Shown: piece after piece, positions 1 to 9,600 of the stretch
How the letters are laid out: each line of letters opens with the position of its first letter
Numbering within the stretch: the first letter of the stretch is position 1
Source of the DNA: Sphingomonadales bacterium
GTDB lineage: Bacteria > Pseudomonadota > Alphaproteobacteria > Sphingomonadales > Sphingomonadaceae
Direction: 5' to 3'
Assembly: GCA_009995225.1 (NCBI GenBank)
Contig: JAACPW010000011.1
Location: 30,447 to 94,446 of the forward strand
DNA length: 64,000 bases
Made by a program: the position numbers and the translations under genes
The notes under the pieces: model-generated
Seen by the model: only the letters and a program-made list of their open reading frames with translations
Database searches by the model: none
What the model was told of the DNA's origin: nothing

Positions 1-72
1 TGGTCCTTGCGGCGCGATATCGAAATCGTGCTGCGCACCGTGATGGTGCTCAGACACGATAACGCATTCTAG
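1..72 (+). CDS. 3' end of a bacterial sugar transferase (WcaJ/WbaP-like), partial
   Basis: Frame 1 reads WSLRRDIEIVLRTVMVLRHDNAF*, resembling the WSL..D..I..RT C-terminal motif of polyprenyl-phosphate sugar transferases; only 23 codons visible. Confidence 0.5.
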   Translation, partial: WSLRRDIEIVLRTVMVLRHDNAF

Positions 73-97
73 GTTCGGGGCCTTTGGCCGATCACGG

Positions 98-661
98 CTA
101 GCGGTTCTGCGGCACGGTAAAGCTGCCGGTGACACGTCCCTGCCAACCGGGCGCGGCGGCGCCGGAACCCGAAGCATTGCCATCCACGGTTGAAAGCCCG
201 CTGGCGAGATCAATCACCAGCCGTCCGCCGTTAAGGGTGTCCGTGCCGCGCCGCAGGCTGACATTGCCGGCCATGGTGATGATCCGGCGGTTGAAATCAT
301 AGATCGCATTGTCGCCAGTGGCCCGTTCGTCCCCGCGGGTCACCGTCACGCCGCTGGTTGCAGTGATACGCTGGATTTCAAGCTGGCCATTATCGGTGAA
401 GTTCACCAGCATCCGGTCAGACTGGATCCGCAAGCCGGCCTGATTGACAATCACGCCGCCGCTGAAGATCACCTGATTGGCACGATCATCGAACACGATC
501 TTGCCGGCGTCATAGGTCACAGGCGCATCGGAATTATGGCTGGCGATGCTCTGGGCCTGCAAGGTCATGCCGCCCGAAAGCGCAGCAGCAAGCGCAAAGC
601 CGCCAACCCCCCAGATCAGGGCAAGCCGGCGCAGCGGAGAACGGGCAACTGGGGTCATCAC
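98..661 (-). CDS. lptA: LptA/OstA family LPS transport periplasmic protein
   Basis: Signal peptide, then beta-jellyroll-like segments (VIFSGGVIVNQ, ATGDNAIYD, ITMAGNVSLRRG); directly downstream of lptC. Confidence 0.85.
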   Translation of the reverse strand: MMTPVARSPLRRLALIWGVGGFALAAALSGGMTLQAQSIASHNSDAPVTYDAGKIVFDDRANQVIFSGGVIVNQAGLRIQSDRMLVNFTDNGQLEIQRITATSGVTVTRGDERATGDNAIYDFNRRIITMAGNVSLRRGTDTLNGGRLVIDLASGLSTVDGNASGSGAAAPGWQGRVTGSFTVPQNR

Positions 662-1326
662 GGCATCCTCAACTGGCCGGGGATCATGGTCAGGCGTGCA
701 TCGCCTTCGAGTGTGATCGTGCGCGCGGTCAGATCGGCGCGCATGGTGTTGGCGGAGAAGGTGCCGGCCGGAACTTCGCCCGTAACCCCGGCATCGCCCT
801 GCATCGTTCGCGCCTTGAGATCGACCGAAACGCCGCGCGCCACCATCGCGTAGCCATCAGAGGCGGTCAGGCGCACCGGGCCGTTCACGGCGACGGTTTC
901 GGCGTCGATATCATAGACCCCGCCATCGGCGCTCAGGCGCGCAGGCCCTTCGGTCAGCAGCAATTGCGCGACCAGATCCTGCATCCGCACCAGCCCTTCG
1001 ACGCTGGAACGCTGCACCGCCTCACCCGCGAGCAGGGAGAAAGGGCGCCCCTGATTGTCGCGCCCGCGATACATCGCGTTATCAACGCTCAGCCGCTCGT
1101 TGATCTGTGCGACCTTGTTGCGATCGAGCAGGAAGCTTACCTCGCCGCGCGGGCTGAGCGGTGTGATGATCATCAGCGCAGCCATCACGCCCACACCCAT
1201 CGGCAGCGCCCGCGCCAGAAAGCGCACCAACCGGTCATGCGATCCGCCGGGCGCAGCGAATTGCTGGCGGCGGCCGCGCAGCGCGCGCGCTTCACTGGTT
1301 TCGATGCGGGGCTGGGCGGGGGCCAT
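658..1326 (-). CDS. lptC: LPS export periplasmic protein LptC
   Basis: Single N-terminal TM, YRGRDNQGRPFSL motif, OstA-like repeats; start taken at MAPAQ (1326); 4-bp overlap with lptA. Confidence 0.8.
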   Translation of the reverse strand: MAPAQPRIETSEARALRGRRQQFAAPGGSHDRLVRFLARALPMGVGVMAALMIITPLSPRGEVSFLLDRNKVAQINERLSVDNAMYRGRDNQGRPFSLLAGEAVQRSSVEGLVRMQDLVAQLLLTEGPARLSADGGVYDIDAETVAVNGPVRLTASDGYAMVARGVSVDLKARTMQGDAGVTGEVPAGTFSANTMRADLTARTITLEGDARLTMIPGQLRMP

Positions 1327-1361
1327 GATGCGTGTCTGCCTGCGGCGTCCTTGCTGTGGGC

Positions 1362-1982
1362 TTACATGTGGCTGAAGATGTCGTTCTCGGCCCAGCCGGC
1401 GATATCGAGCAGCGCGCGTGTCGGCAGGAAATCGAAGCACGCCTGCGCCATCGCCATGCGTCCCTCGCGTTCCAGCCGCACGGTCAGTTCATCGCGCAGG
1501 CGGTGGAGATAGCGCACATCCGACGCAGCGTAATCCCGCTGCGCGTCCGACAAGACCGGCCCGCCCCAATCGGAGCTTTGCTGCTGCTTGGAAATGTTTT
1601 CGCCCAGCAGTTCGTCGACCAGGTTCTTCAGGCCATGCCGGTCGGTGTAGGTGCGCACCAGCTTGCTAGCGATCTTGGTGCAGAACACCGGCCCGGCTGT
1701 CACGCCGAGGTAGTAATGCACCGCTGCCAGATCGAACCGGCCAAAGTGGTAGATTTTCACCCGCGCCGGATCGCTCAGGATCGCTTCCAGATTGGGCGCG
1801 TCATAGGCGCTGCCCGGATTGAAGCGCACCAGATGTTCATCACCCGATCCATCGGAAATCTGCACCACGCACAGCCTGTCACGCGGGGTGATGAGGCCCA
1901 TCGTCTCGGTATCGACGGCAAGATCGCTGGTACCGGTCAACACGCCGGCGGGAAGGTCTTCTTCATGAAAATGTACGGCCAT
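1362..1982 (-). CDS. rnd: Ribonuclease D (DEDD 3'-5' exonuclease)
   Basis: AVDTETMGL, HFGRFDL, FCTKIAS, YAASDV motifs; start at MAVHFHEED. Confidence 0.9.
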   Translation of the reverse strand: MAVHFHEEDLPAGVLTGTSDLAVDTETMGLITPRDRLCVVQISDGSGDEHLVRFNPGSAYDAPNLEAILSDPARVKIYHFGRFDLAAVHYYLGVTAGPVFCTKIASKLVRTYTDRHGLKNLVDELLGENISKQQQSSDWGGPVLSDAQRDYAASDVRYLHRLRDELTVRLEREGRMAMAQACFDFLPTRALLDIAGWAENDIFSHM

Positions 1983-2056
1983 GGCGCAGGCCCTACGCCG
2001 ATTGGGGAAAGAGGGGAAGCGTTCAGTGGCGTGCGTGGCCGCGGCATGCCAGTTTG

Positions 2057-2761
2057 ATGGCAATGACACACGACACGATCCCCGAAAGCTGGCGCAGCGT
2101 GCTGGAACCGGTGCTGGATAGCGCCGAAGCGCGCCGCTTGGGCGGCTGGCTCAAGGCCGAGGAAGCGGCAGGCAAACAGGTCTATCCGCCGCGCGGGACA
2201 CGGCTGGCGGCGCTGGCGCTCACGCCGCTCGATGCGGTGCGCTGCGTGATTCTGGGGCAGGATCCCTATCACGGGCCAGGACAGGCGCATGGTCTTGCCT
2301 TTTCGGTGCAGGCAGGCGTGCGCGTGCCGCCCTCGCTGGTGAACATCTACAAGGAGCTGGAGGCTGACCTCGCTCTGCCGCGCGTGCAGACCGGGGATCT
2401 GACGCCGTGGGCGCGGCAGGGTGTGCTGTTGCTCAACAACACGCTGACGGTCGAAGCGGGTCAGGCAGGCAGCCATGCGGGTCGCGGGTGGGATGCGATT
2501 ACCGATGCCGCCGTCGCCGCCGTCGCTGAGCGTGCAGAGCCGACAGTGTTCATCCTGTGGGGCAGCCATGCGCGCAAGAAGGCAAGCCGCGTGCCCGCAC
2601 TCGCCCTCTCAGGGGCCGGATCTGGCCACCATCTGGTGCTGACATCCGCCCACCCCAGCCCGCTGTCAGCGCATAACGGCTTCTTCGGCTCGCGCCCGTT
2701 CAGCCAGACCAACGCCTTTCTGGCGCAACACGGACGCGGTGCGATTGACTGGCGATTGTGA
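2057..2761 (+). CDS. ung: Uracil-DNA glycosylase, family 1
   Basis: GQDPYH, PPSL.NI, LLLN, HPSPLS motifs. Confidence 0.95.
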   Translation: MAMTHDTIPESWRSVLEPVLDSAEARRLGGWLKAEEAAGKQVYPPRGTRLAALALTPLDAVRCVILGQDPYHGPGQAHGLAFSVQAGVRVPPSLVNIYKELEADLALPRVQTGDLTPWARQGVLLLNNTLTVEAGQAGSHAGRGWDAITDAAVAAVAERAEPTVFILWGSHARKKASRVPALALSGAGSGHHLVLTSAHPSPLSAHNGFFGSRPFSQTNAFLAQHGRGAIDWRL

Positions 2762-2775
2762 CAGGCGCTTAAAGT

Positions 2776-3735
2776 TCACGCCGCAATGGCGCGCTCGATC
2801 CAGTCGCGGGTGTCGGGAATAGCGGCTTCGACCTGCGGCAGATCATTGATGCACAGGAACTTGAACTGCGGCTGCAGCGCGCGGGCCAGGAGCGCGCGGA
2901 CATCGGGCAGCGGATAATCCAGCACCGCGCCGGTGCGCAGATGCAGGTGGTCTTCGACGGTGTGGAGCACTGCGTCACCGGTCGCAATCCAGGCGTGATT
3001 GTGCAGGCCTTGCGGCAGGAATTGCGTCACACAGCGGAATCGGTGTCCGATATTGGCCACGAATGCGTCCCGATGCTCGTCATAAAGCCGCGCCATCATC
3101 GATCGGCGCATCGGATGAACGACGTGCGCTGCGCGGAACAGGCGGTCGGTGCCAAACCCCGCCAGCGCGGCGGCGTTGATTTGCGTAAGCGGGTGCAGCA
3201 GCGTGGGATCAATGCGGCTGGCAGGGTCTGCTGCCAGCGTGCGGTAATCCACCCAACGCCCCCGCAGCACGGGCGCGTCGCCGCAGAACAGATCGCCCGG
3301 TGCCAATGGCCCGGTCAGAAACACATCGTCATTGAAATAGACGAAGTGCTCCGCCAGCCCCGGAATGCGCCACAGCAGCGTTTCGATCGCCAGCGAATTG
3401 AAGGTCGGCAACACGTCCTCATGACCGGCGAAGACCGTGCGATGATCGACAATGGTGATCCGATCCAACAAGGCACTCGGAAGGCGCGAAAGATCAGGCG
3501 TCTGCGCATCGGTCACAATCCAGATGCGCCCGATCCACGGGGCGTGGTTGGCGATCGACCGCAGGCAATAGCTCAATTCGTCATTGCAGGCCCAGCGGTG
3601 CGGATTGATGGCGTTGGCGTGGTGCGCCGCGCCCGCCGTCTGATAATGCTGCCGCCTTGCACGATGCAGCGGATCGCCGCCGTCGACCCACGTGATGACC
3701 GCGTCGATACGCGCGGTGCTGCCGATAATCTGCAT
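2776..3735 (-). CDS. Stealth family hexose-1-phosphate transferase
   Basis: CR1 IDAVITWVDG, CR2 ELSYCLRSI...FNSLAIE...FVYFNDDVF, CR3 AHVVHPMRRS, CR4 FLCIND. Confidence 0.88.
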   Translation of the reverse strand: MQIIGSTARIDAVITWVDGGDPLHRARRQHYQTAGAAHHANAINPHRWACNDELSYCLRSIANHAPWIGRIWIVTDAQTPDLSRLPSALLDRITIVDHRTVFAGHEDVLPTFNSLAIETLLWRIPGLAEHFVYFNDDVFLTGPLAPGDLFCGDAPVLRGRWVDYRTLAADPASRIDPTLLHPLTQINAAALAGFGTDRLFRAAHVVHPMRRSMMARLYDEHRDAFVANIGHRFRCVTQFLPQGLHNHAWIATGDAVLHTVEDHLHLRTGAVLDYPLPDVRALLARALQPQFKFLCINDLPQVEAAIPDTRDWIERAIAA

Positions 3736-3814
3736 TGATCCCGTCCGGGCAAGAGTATGGTCTGCCACGATAGAACAGGACACCCGCGCCTCTGGGGCGC
3801 GGTCAGATATATGT

Positions 3815-3833
3815 CAATCCTATGATAGGATTG
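3815..3833. promoter_or_regulatory. Perfect 19-bp AT-rich palindrome, putative operator upstream of the Stealth gene
   Basis: CAATCCTAT-G-ATAGGATTG; overlaps TTGACA on the minus strand (3812-3817). Confidence 0.45.
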
Positions 3834-3851
3834 CAGCGGCGCCCCGCACGC

Positions 3852-5105
3852 CTAGCCGCCGTGCGCAGCAATCCATTCTTCCACGACCGGCGCGACCTTG
3901 GTGCGCCAGCGGCTGCCGTTGAAGATGCCGTAATGGCCCGCGCCTTCGGCCATGTAATACCGCTTCTTGTCATCAGGCAGGTTCGGCGTCAGCTTCAGCG
4001 CCGCGCGGGTCTGGCCGAGGCCGGAGATGTCATCACGCTCGCCCTCGATCGCCAGCAACGCGGTGTCGGTGATCTGGGTGATATCGACCAGCGTGCCCTT
4101 GTGACGGAACTCGCCCTTGGGGATCGAGTGCTTCTGGAACACCTCCTCCACGGTCTGAAGGTAAAACTCCGCCGTCATGTCGCAAACGCTGCGGTATTCG
4201 TCGTAGAAATCCTTGGTCGCCTGCGCGGATGCATCATCGCCCGCGGTGAGGTGTTTGAACATCTCGTAGTGGCTGAGCATGTGGCTCGACAGGTTCATCG
4301 ACATGAAGGCGTTGAGCTGCATGAAGCCGGGATAGACGCGGCGTCCAGCGCCTGGATATTTCATCGGCACGGTCGCGATCACCGATTGGCGGAACCATGC
4401 GATCGGGCGCTGCATCGCCATGTTATTGACGACCGTGGGGCACTCGCGGGTGTCGATCGGGCCGCCCATCATGGTCAGGGTCGCAGGCGTTGCCGGTGAT
4501 TTTTGCAGGTTCATCAGCGCGGTCGCGGCAAAGGCGGGGACGCTGGGCTGGCACACCGCCATCATGTGGATGCGCTGGCCCTTGGCGCCGTCACTATTGG
4601 CTTCGGCGTGGACGTGTTCGGTGAACGCGATGAGGTAATCGATATATTCATCCAGATCGAACTGGCCTTCGCTTTGCGGCACCATCTTGGCATCGGTCCA
4701 ATCGGTGATGAAGACATCGGCCGATTCCAGCATCCGTTCCACCGTGCCGCGCAGCAGCGTGGCGTAATGGCCGCTCATCGGGGCGACAATCAGCAGACGC
4801 GGACGATCGGCGGGTGCGCCTTCCACCGTGAAGTGCAACAGATCGCCGAAAGGACGATGGAGAGCGACACGTTCGGTGACATCATGCAGCGTGCCATCAA
4901 TGGCGATACTGGTGAGGCCGAATGCCGGCTTGCCATAAGCTGCCGTCGCGTGGGCAAACACTTCCATCGCATTGGCAACCATCGGCCCCATGCCCGTGTA
5001 GCCGAGCGGATTGGCGGGGTTGGACAGCACCTCGGCACTGATCGAAGCCAGCGCGCTGGCGCTGTTCATCCAGCTGCGCTGGAGTTCATAGGCGTGGTAA
5101 AGCAT
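3852..5105 (-). CDS. phaZ: Intracellular polyhydroxyalkanoate depolymerase
   Basis: MLYHAYE start, LIVAPMSGHYATLLRGT, AVCQPSVP, GGPID, GERDDISG, GHYGIFNG motifs. Confidence 0.92.
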   Translation of the reverse strand: MLYHAYELQRSWMNSASALASISAEVLSNPANPLGYTGMGPMVANAMEVFAHATAAYGKPAFGLTSIAIDGTLHDVTERVALHRPFGDLLHFTVEGAPADRPRLLIVAPMSGHYATLLRGTVERMLESADVFITDWTDAKMVPQSEGQFDLDEYIDYLIAFTEHVHAEANSDGAKGQRIHMMAVCQPSVPAFAATALMNLQKSPATPATLTMMGGPIDTRECPTVVNNMAMQRPIAWFRQSVIATVPMKYPGAGRRVYPGFMQLNAFMSMNLSSHMLSHYEMFKHLTAGDDASAQATKDFYDEYRSVCDMTAEFYLQTVEEVFQKHSIPKGEFRHKGTLVDITQITDTALLAIEGERDDISGLGQTRAALKLTPNLPDDKKRYYMAEGAGHYGIFNGSRWRTKVAPVVEEWIAAHGG

Positions 5106-5319
5106 CGGGTTACCTCAAGCAGCGAACGGGCTGGCGCCTTGTTTCGACAGCGCCTTTACGAAACAGATGGGCCTTTGAGGGCCGTTGTGCAATGCACAAT
5201 TACACGATCCGCCTGGAGGCGCTCACCCGCCAGACACGCGTCAGGCACAGGCCAGGCACACGAGCCTGCTGCTTTTTGCACGTGAAATTCGCGCAACGGG
5301 CCGCTAGAGCGCTGCAATC

Positions 5320-7182
5320 ATGAACGTCGAACTCCAGAAGCGCGAACTCTCCGACACATCGGCCCCTGCCGAGAGCGTGGTCGGACTGCCCGAAACGGCG
5401 ACGATTGCGGAACAGGCGGCGGCGCCCAAATCGCGCTCGCTCGGCCCGCTCCGGATGGTGTTCAGCACAGCGGTTCAATATCCGCGCCAGATCGGCCTCG
5501 CGCTGCTGGCTCTGCTGATCACCTCGGGGGCGACGCTGGCAATCCCGTGGCGCTTCAAGGTCATCATCGATGAAGCGTTCGGCGGCAGTGCGACACCCGC
5601 CGATATCGGCTCTGCCTTCAAATATCTGCTCATGATCGTGGTGGTCCTCGGCCTCGGCACGGCGATGCGGTTCTATTACGTAAGCTGGCTGGGTGAACGC
5701 GTGGTGGCCGATGTCCGGTTGAAGGTGCAGGCCAATCTGCTGTACCTCTCGCCCGGCTTTTACGAGGTGAACAGCCCCAAGGAAATTTCCAGCCGGATGA
5801 CATCGGATACGGCGATCATCGAAAATGTGGTCGGCACCACGGTTTCGGTCGCGTTGCGCAATTCGCTCACCGCGATCGGCGGGATCGCGTTGCTGATCTT
5901 TCTTGCGCCATCGCTGACACTAGGCCTGCTGATCGGCATTCCGTTGGTGATCGCACCCATCGTGTTCTTCGGACGCAAGATTCGCGCTGTCTCGCGCACC
6001 AGTCAGGACCGGATCGCGGATGTCGGCGCCTATGTGACCGAAGTGCTGTCCGCGATGAAGATCGTGCAAAGTTTCGGGCAAGAACGGCGCGAGGGCGAAC
6101 GCTTTGCCGGAGTCGTCGAGGAAACCTTCACCATCGCCCGGCGGCGCATCATCTTGCGCGCGGCCATGACCTCGGTGGTGATTTTGCTGGTGTTCGGTGC
6201 GATCACGCTGGCGATGTGGCGCGGCGCCTTGGCGGTGAATGAAGGCACGATCACGCCGGGAGATATGGGCTTCTTCGTGTTCACCGGCATTCTAGTCGCC
6301 GGCGCGCTGGGTTCGCTCACCGAAGTCTACGGCGATCTGCTGCGTGGTGCAGGCGCGGCCAGCCGACTGGCCGAATTGCTCGAAGCGAAGCCCGAAATCG
6401 CGCCCCCTGCGCGGCCTGAACGCCTGCCCACGCCGGCGCGCGGCAGTCTGTCGTTCCGCAATGTGACCTTCCGTTACCCGGCCCGGCCTGAAACCGAAGC
6501 GCTCAAGGACTTCACGCTCGAGATCGAACCTGGGGAGACCATCGCCATCGTTGGCCCGTCGGGCGCAGGCAAATCGACGATCTTTCAACTGGTCGAACGG
6601 TTCTACGATCCGCAAGGTGGCACCATCCGGATCGACGGTGTACCGCTGACCAGTGCCGATCCGGGCGAGGTGCGTTCACGGATCGCGCTGGTGCCGCAGG
6701 ACGGGGTGCTGTTCAGCGCCAATGCCCGCGACAACCTGCGTTACGGCCAGTGGGATGCGAGCGACGACGATATCTGGGACGCCGCCCGCGCCGCCAATGC
6801 CGAAACGTTCCTGCGGGCGCTGCCACAAGGTCTCGACACCTATCTTGGCGAAGGCGGCACGCAATTGTCGGGCGGCCAGCAACAGCGCGTCGCCATCGCC
6901 CGTGCACTGCTGCGCGATGCGCCGATCCTGCTGCTGGATGAAGCGACCAGTGCGCTGGATGCCGAAAGCGAACAATTGGTGCAGCAGGCGCTTGATGGGC
7001 TGATGCAGGGCCGCACCACACTGGTGATCGCGCACCGCCTTGCCACGGTGCGCGCAGCCGACCGGATCGTGGTGCTGGAGGACGGACGCATCGTCGAACA
7101 GGGCACGCATGAGGCCTTGAGCAAGGCGGGCGGGCTTTACGCCAGGCTTGCCAGCCTGCAATTCGCCAACGCGGCCGCCTGA
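5320..7182 (+). CDS. ABC exporter, fused permease/ATPase (MsbA-related)
   Basis: TM domain plus Walker A GPSGAGKS, signature LSGGQQQR, Walker B LLLDEATSALD, H-loop IAHRL. Confidence 0.92.
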   Translation: MNVELQKRELSDTSAPAESVVGLPETATIAEQAAAPKSRSLGPLRMVFSTAVQYPRQIGLALLALLITSGATLAIPWRFKVIIDEAFGGSATPADIGSAFKYLLMIVVVLGLGTAMRFYYVSWLGERVVADVRLKVQANLLYLSPGFYEVNSPKEISSRMTSDTAIIENVVGTTVSVALRNSLTAIGGIALLIFLAPSLTLGLLIGIPLVIAPIVFFGRKIRAVSRTSQDRIADVGAYVTEVLSAMKIVQSFGQERREGERFAGVVEETFTIARRRIILRAAMTSVVILLVFGAITLAMWRGALAVNEGTITPGDMGFFVFTGILVAGALGSLTEVYGDLLRGAGAASRLAELLEAKPEIAPPARPERLPTPARGSLSFRNVTFRYPARPETEALKDFTLEIEPGETIAIVGPSGAGKSTIFQLVERFYDPQGGTIRIDGVPLTSADPGEVRSRIALVPQDGVLFSANARDNLRYGQWDASDDDIWDAARAANAETFLRALPQGLDTYLGEGGTQLSGGQQQRVAIARALLRDAPILLLDEATSALDAESEQLVQQALDGLMQGRTTLVIAHRLATVRAADRIVVLEDGRIVEQGTHEALSKAGGLYARLASLQFANAAA

Positions 7183-7183
7183 C

Positions 7184-7243
7184 CTTCTCGACCCCGAGCT
7201 TTTCGACCCCGGTCTTTTCGACCCCAACCTTTTCGACGAAGCG
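7184..7243 (+). repeat. 15-bp tandem repeat, about 4 copies, consensus CTTTTCGACCCCNNN
   Basis: TCGA at 7188, 7203, 7218 and 7233 (exact 15-bp period), starting just after the ABC stop codon. Confidence 0.85.
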
Positions 7244-7340
7244 CATGGCCCGCCGGATAAGCGGCGACCGCTTGGCCCATGCGACGTTAATGTGACCCGC
7301 ATTAAAGGTATCGTCGAAGCTTTTCAGGGACACATGCATC

Positions 7341-9521
7341 ATGATCCACAAGACCGCCGCCCTTCTTGGCGCAAGCCTGATCGCGCTCGCCGCGCCAGCC
7401 TTCGCCAACGACGATAGCCACGGCCATGACGCCAGCGGCGCGGTCGAACATCTGGTGCAATCCGCCGCCGATGCGCCCGTGGCCGCACTGCCGACGATGA
7501 GCTTTGGCGAATGGGGCGTCGATCCCGATCTGCTCGCCGACGACATCACGCCGGGCGATGACTTCAACGCCTATGTCAACCAGCGCTGGATCGATGCGAA
7601 CCCGCTGCCCGCCGAATTCAGCCGCATCGGTGCCTTCACCCTGCTGGGCGAAAAGAGCACCGCCGACGTCAAGGCGTTGATGGACGAGTTGATGGCCAAG
7701 GACGCCGCCACCCTTTCGGGTGACGAGCGCCGCATCGTGGATGCCTATCGCACCTTCCTTGATACCGGCGCCATCGAAGCGGCGGGCCTTGCGCCGGCGC
7801 AGCCCTATCTCGCCCGGATCAAGGGCGCCGCAACGCTGAACGATCTCGCCATGCTGTGGGCCGAGCCGGGCTTTGCCAGCCCGATTGGCGCAGGCGTGGG
7901 CGTGGATGCCAAGCAGCCCGATCGCCACATCGCCAGCGTCGGCTTTGGCGGGTTGGGGATGCCGGATCGCGATTACTATCTCGACACATCGGAAAAAGGC
8001 CAGGCGATCCAGGCCAAGTACAAGCAATATCTCGCCTTCCTGCTGGGCGAAGCGGGCTACGCAGACCCCGCCGCCATGGCCGAGACGGTCTATGCCTTTG
8101 AAGACACGATTGCGCGCAATGTGGCATGGGACCGCACCGTGCGCCGCAACCGCGACCTGACCTACAACCTGCTGACCGCCGACGAACTTGGTGCGATCAG
8201 CGGCGCGGTTCCCGTCACGGCCATGCTCCAGCAGATCGGCATCGCCGACAGCCCCGGCTTCGTCGTCAGCCTGATGCCGCCGACCGCCGAAGAAATCGCC
8301 CAGTACAAGCTCGACGAGGCAACCCTTGCCAAGATCGGCACCGGCCTTCCCGGCATGTTCGCGCTGATCGGTGAAACCCCGGTCGAAGTGCTGCAAGCGT
8401 GGATGGCCAAGGAGTTCCTGTCAGGCAACGCCGCCGTGCTTCCTTCGCGTTTCGATGCCGCAAGCTTCGATTTCTACGGCCAGACCCTGCGCGGCACGCC
8501 CGAGCAGCGCCCACGCTGGAAGCGGGCGATCGGCGAGTCCGAAGGCCTGCTGGGCGAGTTGATCGGCAAATCCTACGTCGCGCGGTACTTCCCGGCGGAA
8601 AACAAGGTCGCGATGGATGAACTGGTCGCCAACCTGCGACTGGCGCTGCGTGAATCCATCGCCGAGATCGACTGGATGGGTGAAGCGACCAAAACCCAGG
8701 CCCTCGCCAAGCTCGACAGCTTCGATCCGAAGATCGGCTATCGCCCCAATCTGGAAACCTATGAAGGCCTTGCCATCACTGCCGGCGATCCGATTGCCAA
8801 TCGCATGGCAGCCGCCACGTGGGAACAGGCCGACAATGTCGCCAAGCTGGGTGAACCGATCGACCGTACCGAATGGGGCATGCTGCCGCAGACGGTGAAC
8901 GCCTATTACAACTCGGTGAAGAACGAGATCGTCTTCCCCGCCGGCATCCTCCAGCAGCCGTTCTTCGCGCTCTCCAACGATATTGCGGTCAATTACGGCG
9001 CCATCGGCGGGGTGATCGGGCATGAAATCGGCCACGGCTTCGACGATCAGGGCTCCAAGTCCGACGCGACGGGCAAGCTGAGCAACTGGTGGACCGACAC
9101 CGACCGGGCCGCCTTTGACGAACTGGGCAACCGTCTCGTGGCGCAATACAACGCCTTTTGTCCGCTCGACAATGGCACCACCTGCGTCAACGGGCGCCTG
9201 ACGCTGGGCGAGAACATCGGCGATGTCGGCGGCCTCAGCATGGCCTATCGCGCCTACAAGATCGCAACCAAGGACACAGACGTGCCGGTGATTGACGGCC
9301 TGACTGGCGATCAGCGTTTCTTCCTCGCCTGGGCGCAGGTGTGGCGGTCAAGCCAGCGTGAGGCAAACTATCGCAACCGCCTCGTCACCGACAGCCACAG
9401 CCCGGAAGAATACCGCGTCAACGGCGTCGTCCGGAACCTTGACGAATGGTACGAAGCTTTCGGCGTGAAACCCGACGATGCCCTGTATCTGCCGCCCGAA
9501 GAGCGCGTGCGTATCTGGTAA
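7341..9521 (+). CDS. M13 family metallopeptidase (PepO/neprilysin-like), secreted
   Basis: Signal peptide; VNAYY, HEIGH (HExxH), GENIGD, DSHSP motifs. Confidence 0.93.
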   Translation: MIHKTAALLGASLIALAAPAFANDDSHGHDASGAVEHLVQSAADAPVAALPTMSFGEWGVDPDLLADDITPGDDFNAYVNQRWIDANPLPAEFSRIGAFTLLGEKSTADVKALMDELMAKDAATLSGDERRIVDAYRTFLDTGAIEAAGLAPAQPYLARIKGAATLNDLAMLWAEPGFASPIGAGVGVDAKQPDRHIASVGFGGLGMPDRDYYLDTSEKGQAIQAKYKQYLAFLLGEAGYADPAAMAETVYAFEDTIARNVAWDRTVRRNRDLTYNLLTADELGAISGAVPVTAMLQQIGIADSPGFVVSLMPPTAEEIAQYKLDEATLAKIGTGLPGMFALIGETPVEVLQAWMAKEFLSGNAAVLPSRFDAASFDFYGQTLRGTPEQRPRWKRAIGESEGLLGELIGKSYVARYFPAENKVAMDELVANLRLALRESIAEIDWMGEATKTQALAKLDSFDPKIGYRPNLETYEGLAITAGDPIANRMAAATWEQADNVAKLGEPIDRTEWGMLPQTVNAYYNSVKNEIVFPAGILQQPFFALSNDIAVNYGAIGGVIGHEIGHGFDDQGSKSDATGKLSNWWTDTDRAAFDELGNRLVAQYNAFCPLDNGTTCVNGRLTLGENIGDVGGLSMAYRAYKIATKDTDVPVIDGLTGDQRFFLAWAQVWRSSQREANYRNRLVTDSHSPEEYRVNGVVRNLDEWYEAFGVKPDDALYLPPEERVRIW

Positions 9522-9529
9522 CTCCCTTG

Positions 9530-9559
9530 AGGCCCGCCCATCCACAGGGCGGGCCTTTT
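9530..9559 (+). terminator. Rho-independent terminator
   Basis: 10-bp perfect stem AGGCCCGCCC/GGGCGGGCCT followed by a T run. Confidence 0.85.
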
Positions 9560-9600
9560 CGGTTTGACTTGCAGCCGCCTGTCAGCAAAGCGCACCGCCC

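Noticed and set aside
5274-5289. Degenerate parS-like TTTTGCACGTGAAATT
   Set aside because: Only 12/16 match and not palindromic in the outer arms; kept only as a weak possibility
7148-7417. 89-aa ORF spanning the 15-bp repeat
   Set aside because: TTG start inside the ABC gene, overlaps the M13 start, no RBS; not called as a CDS
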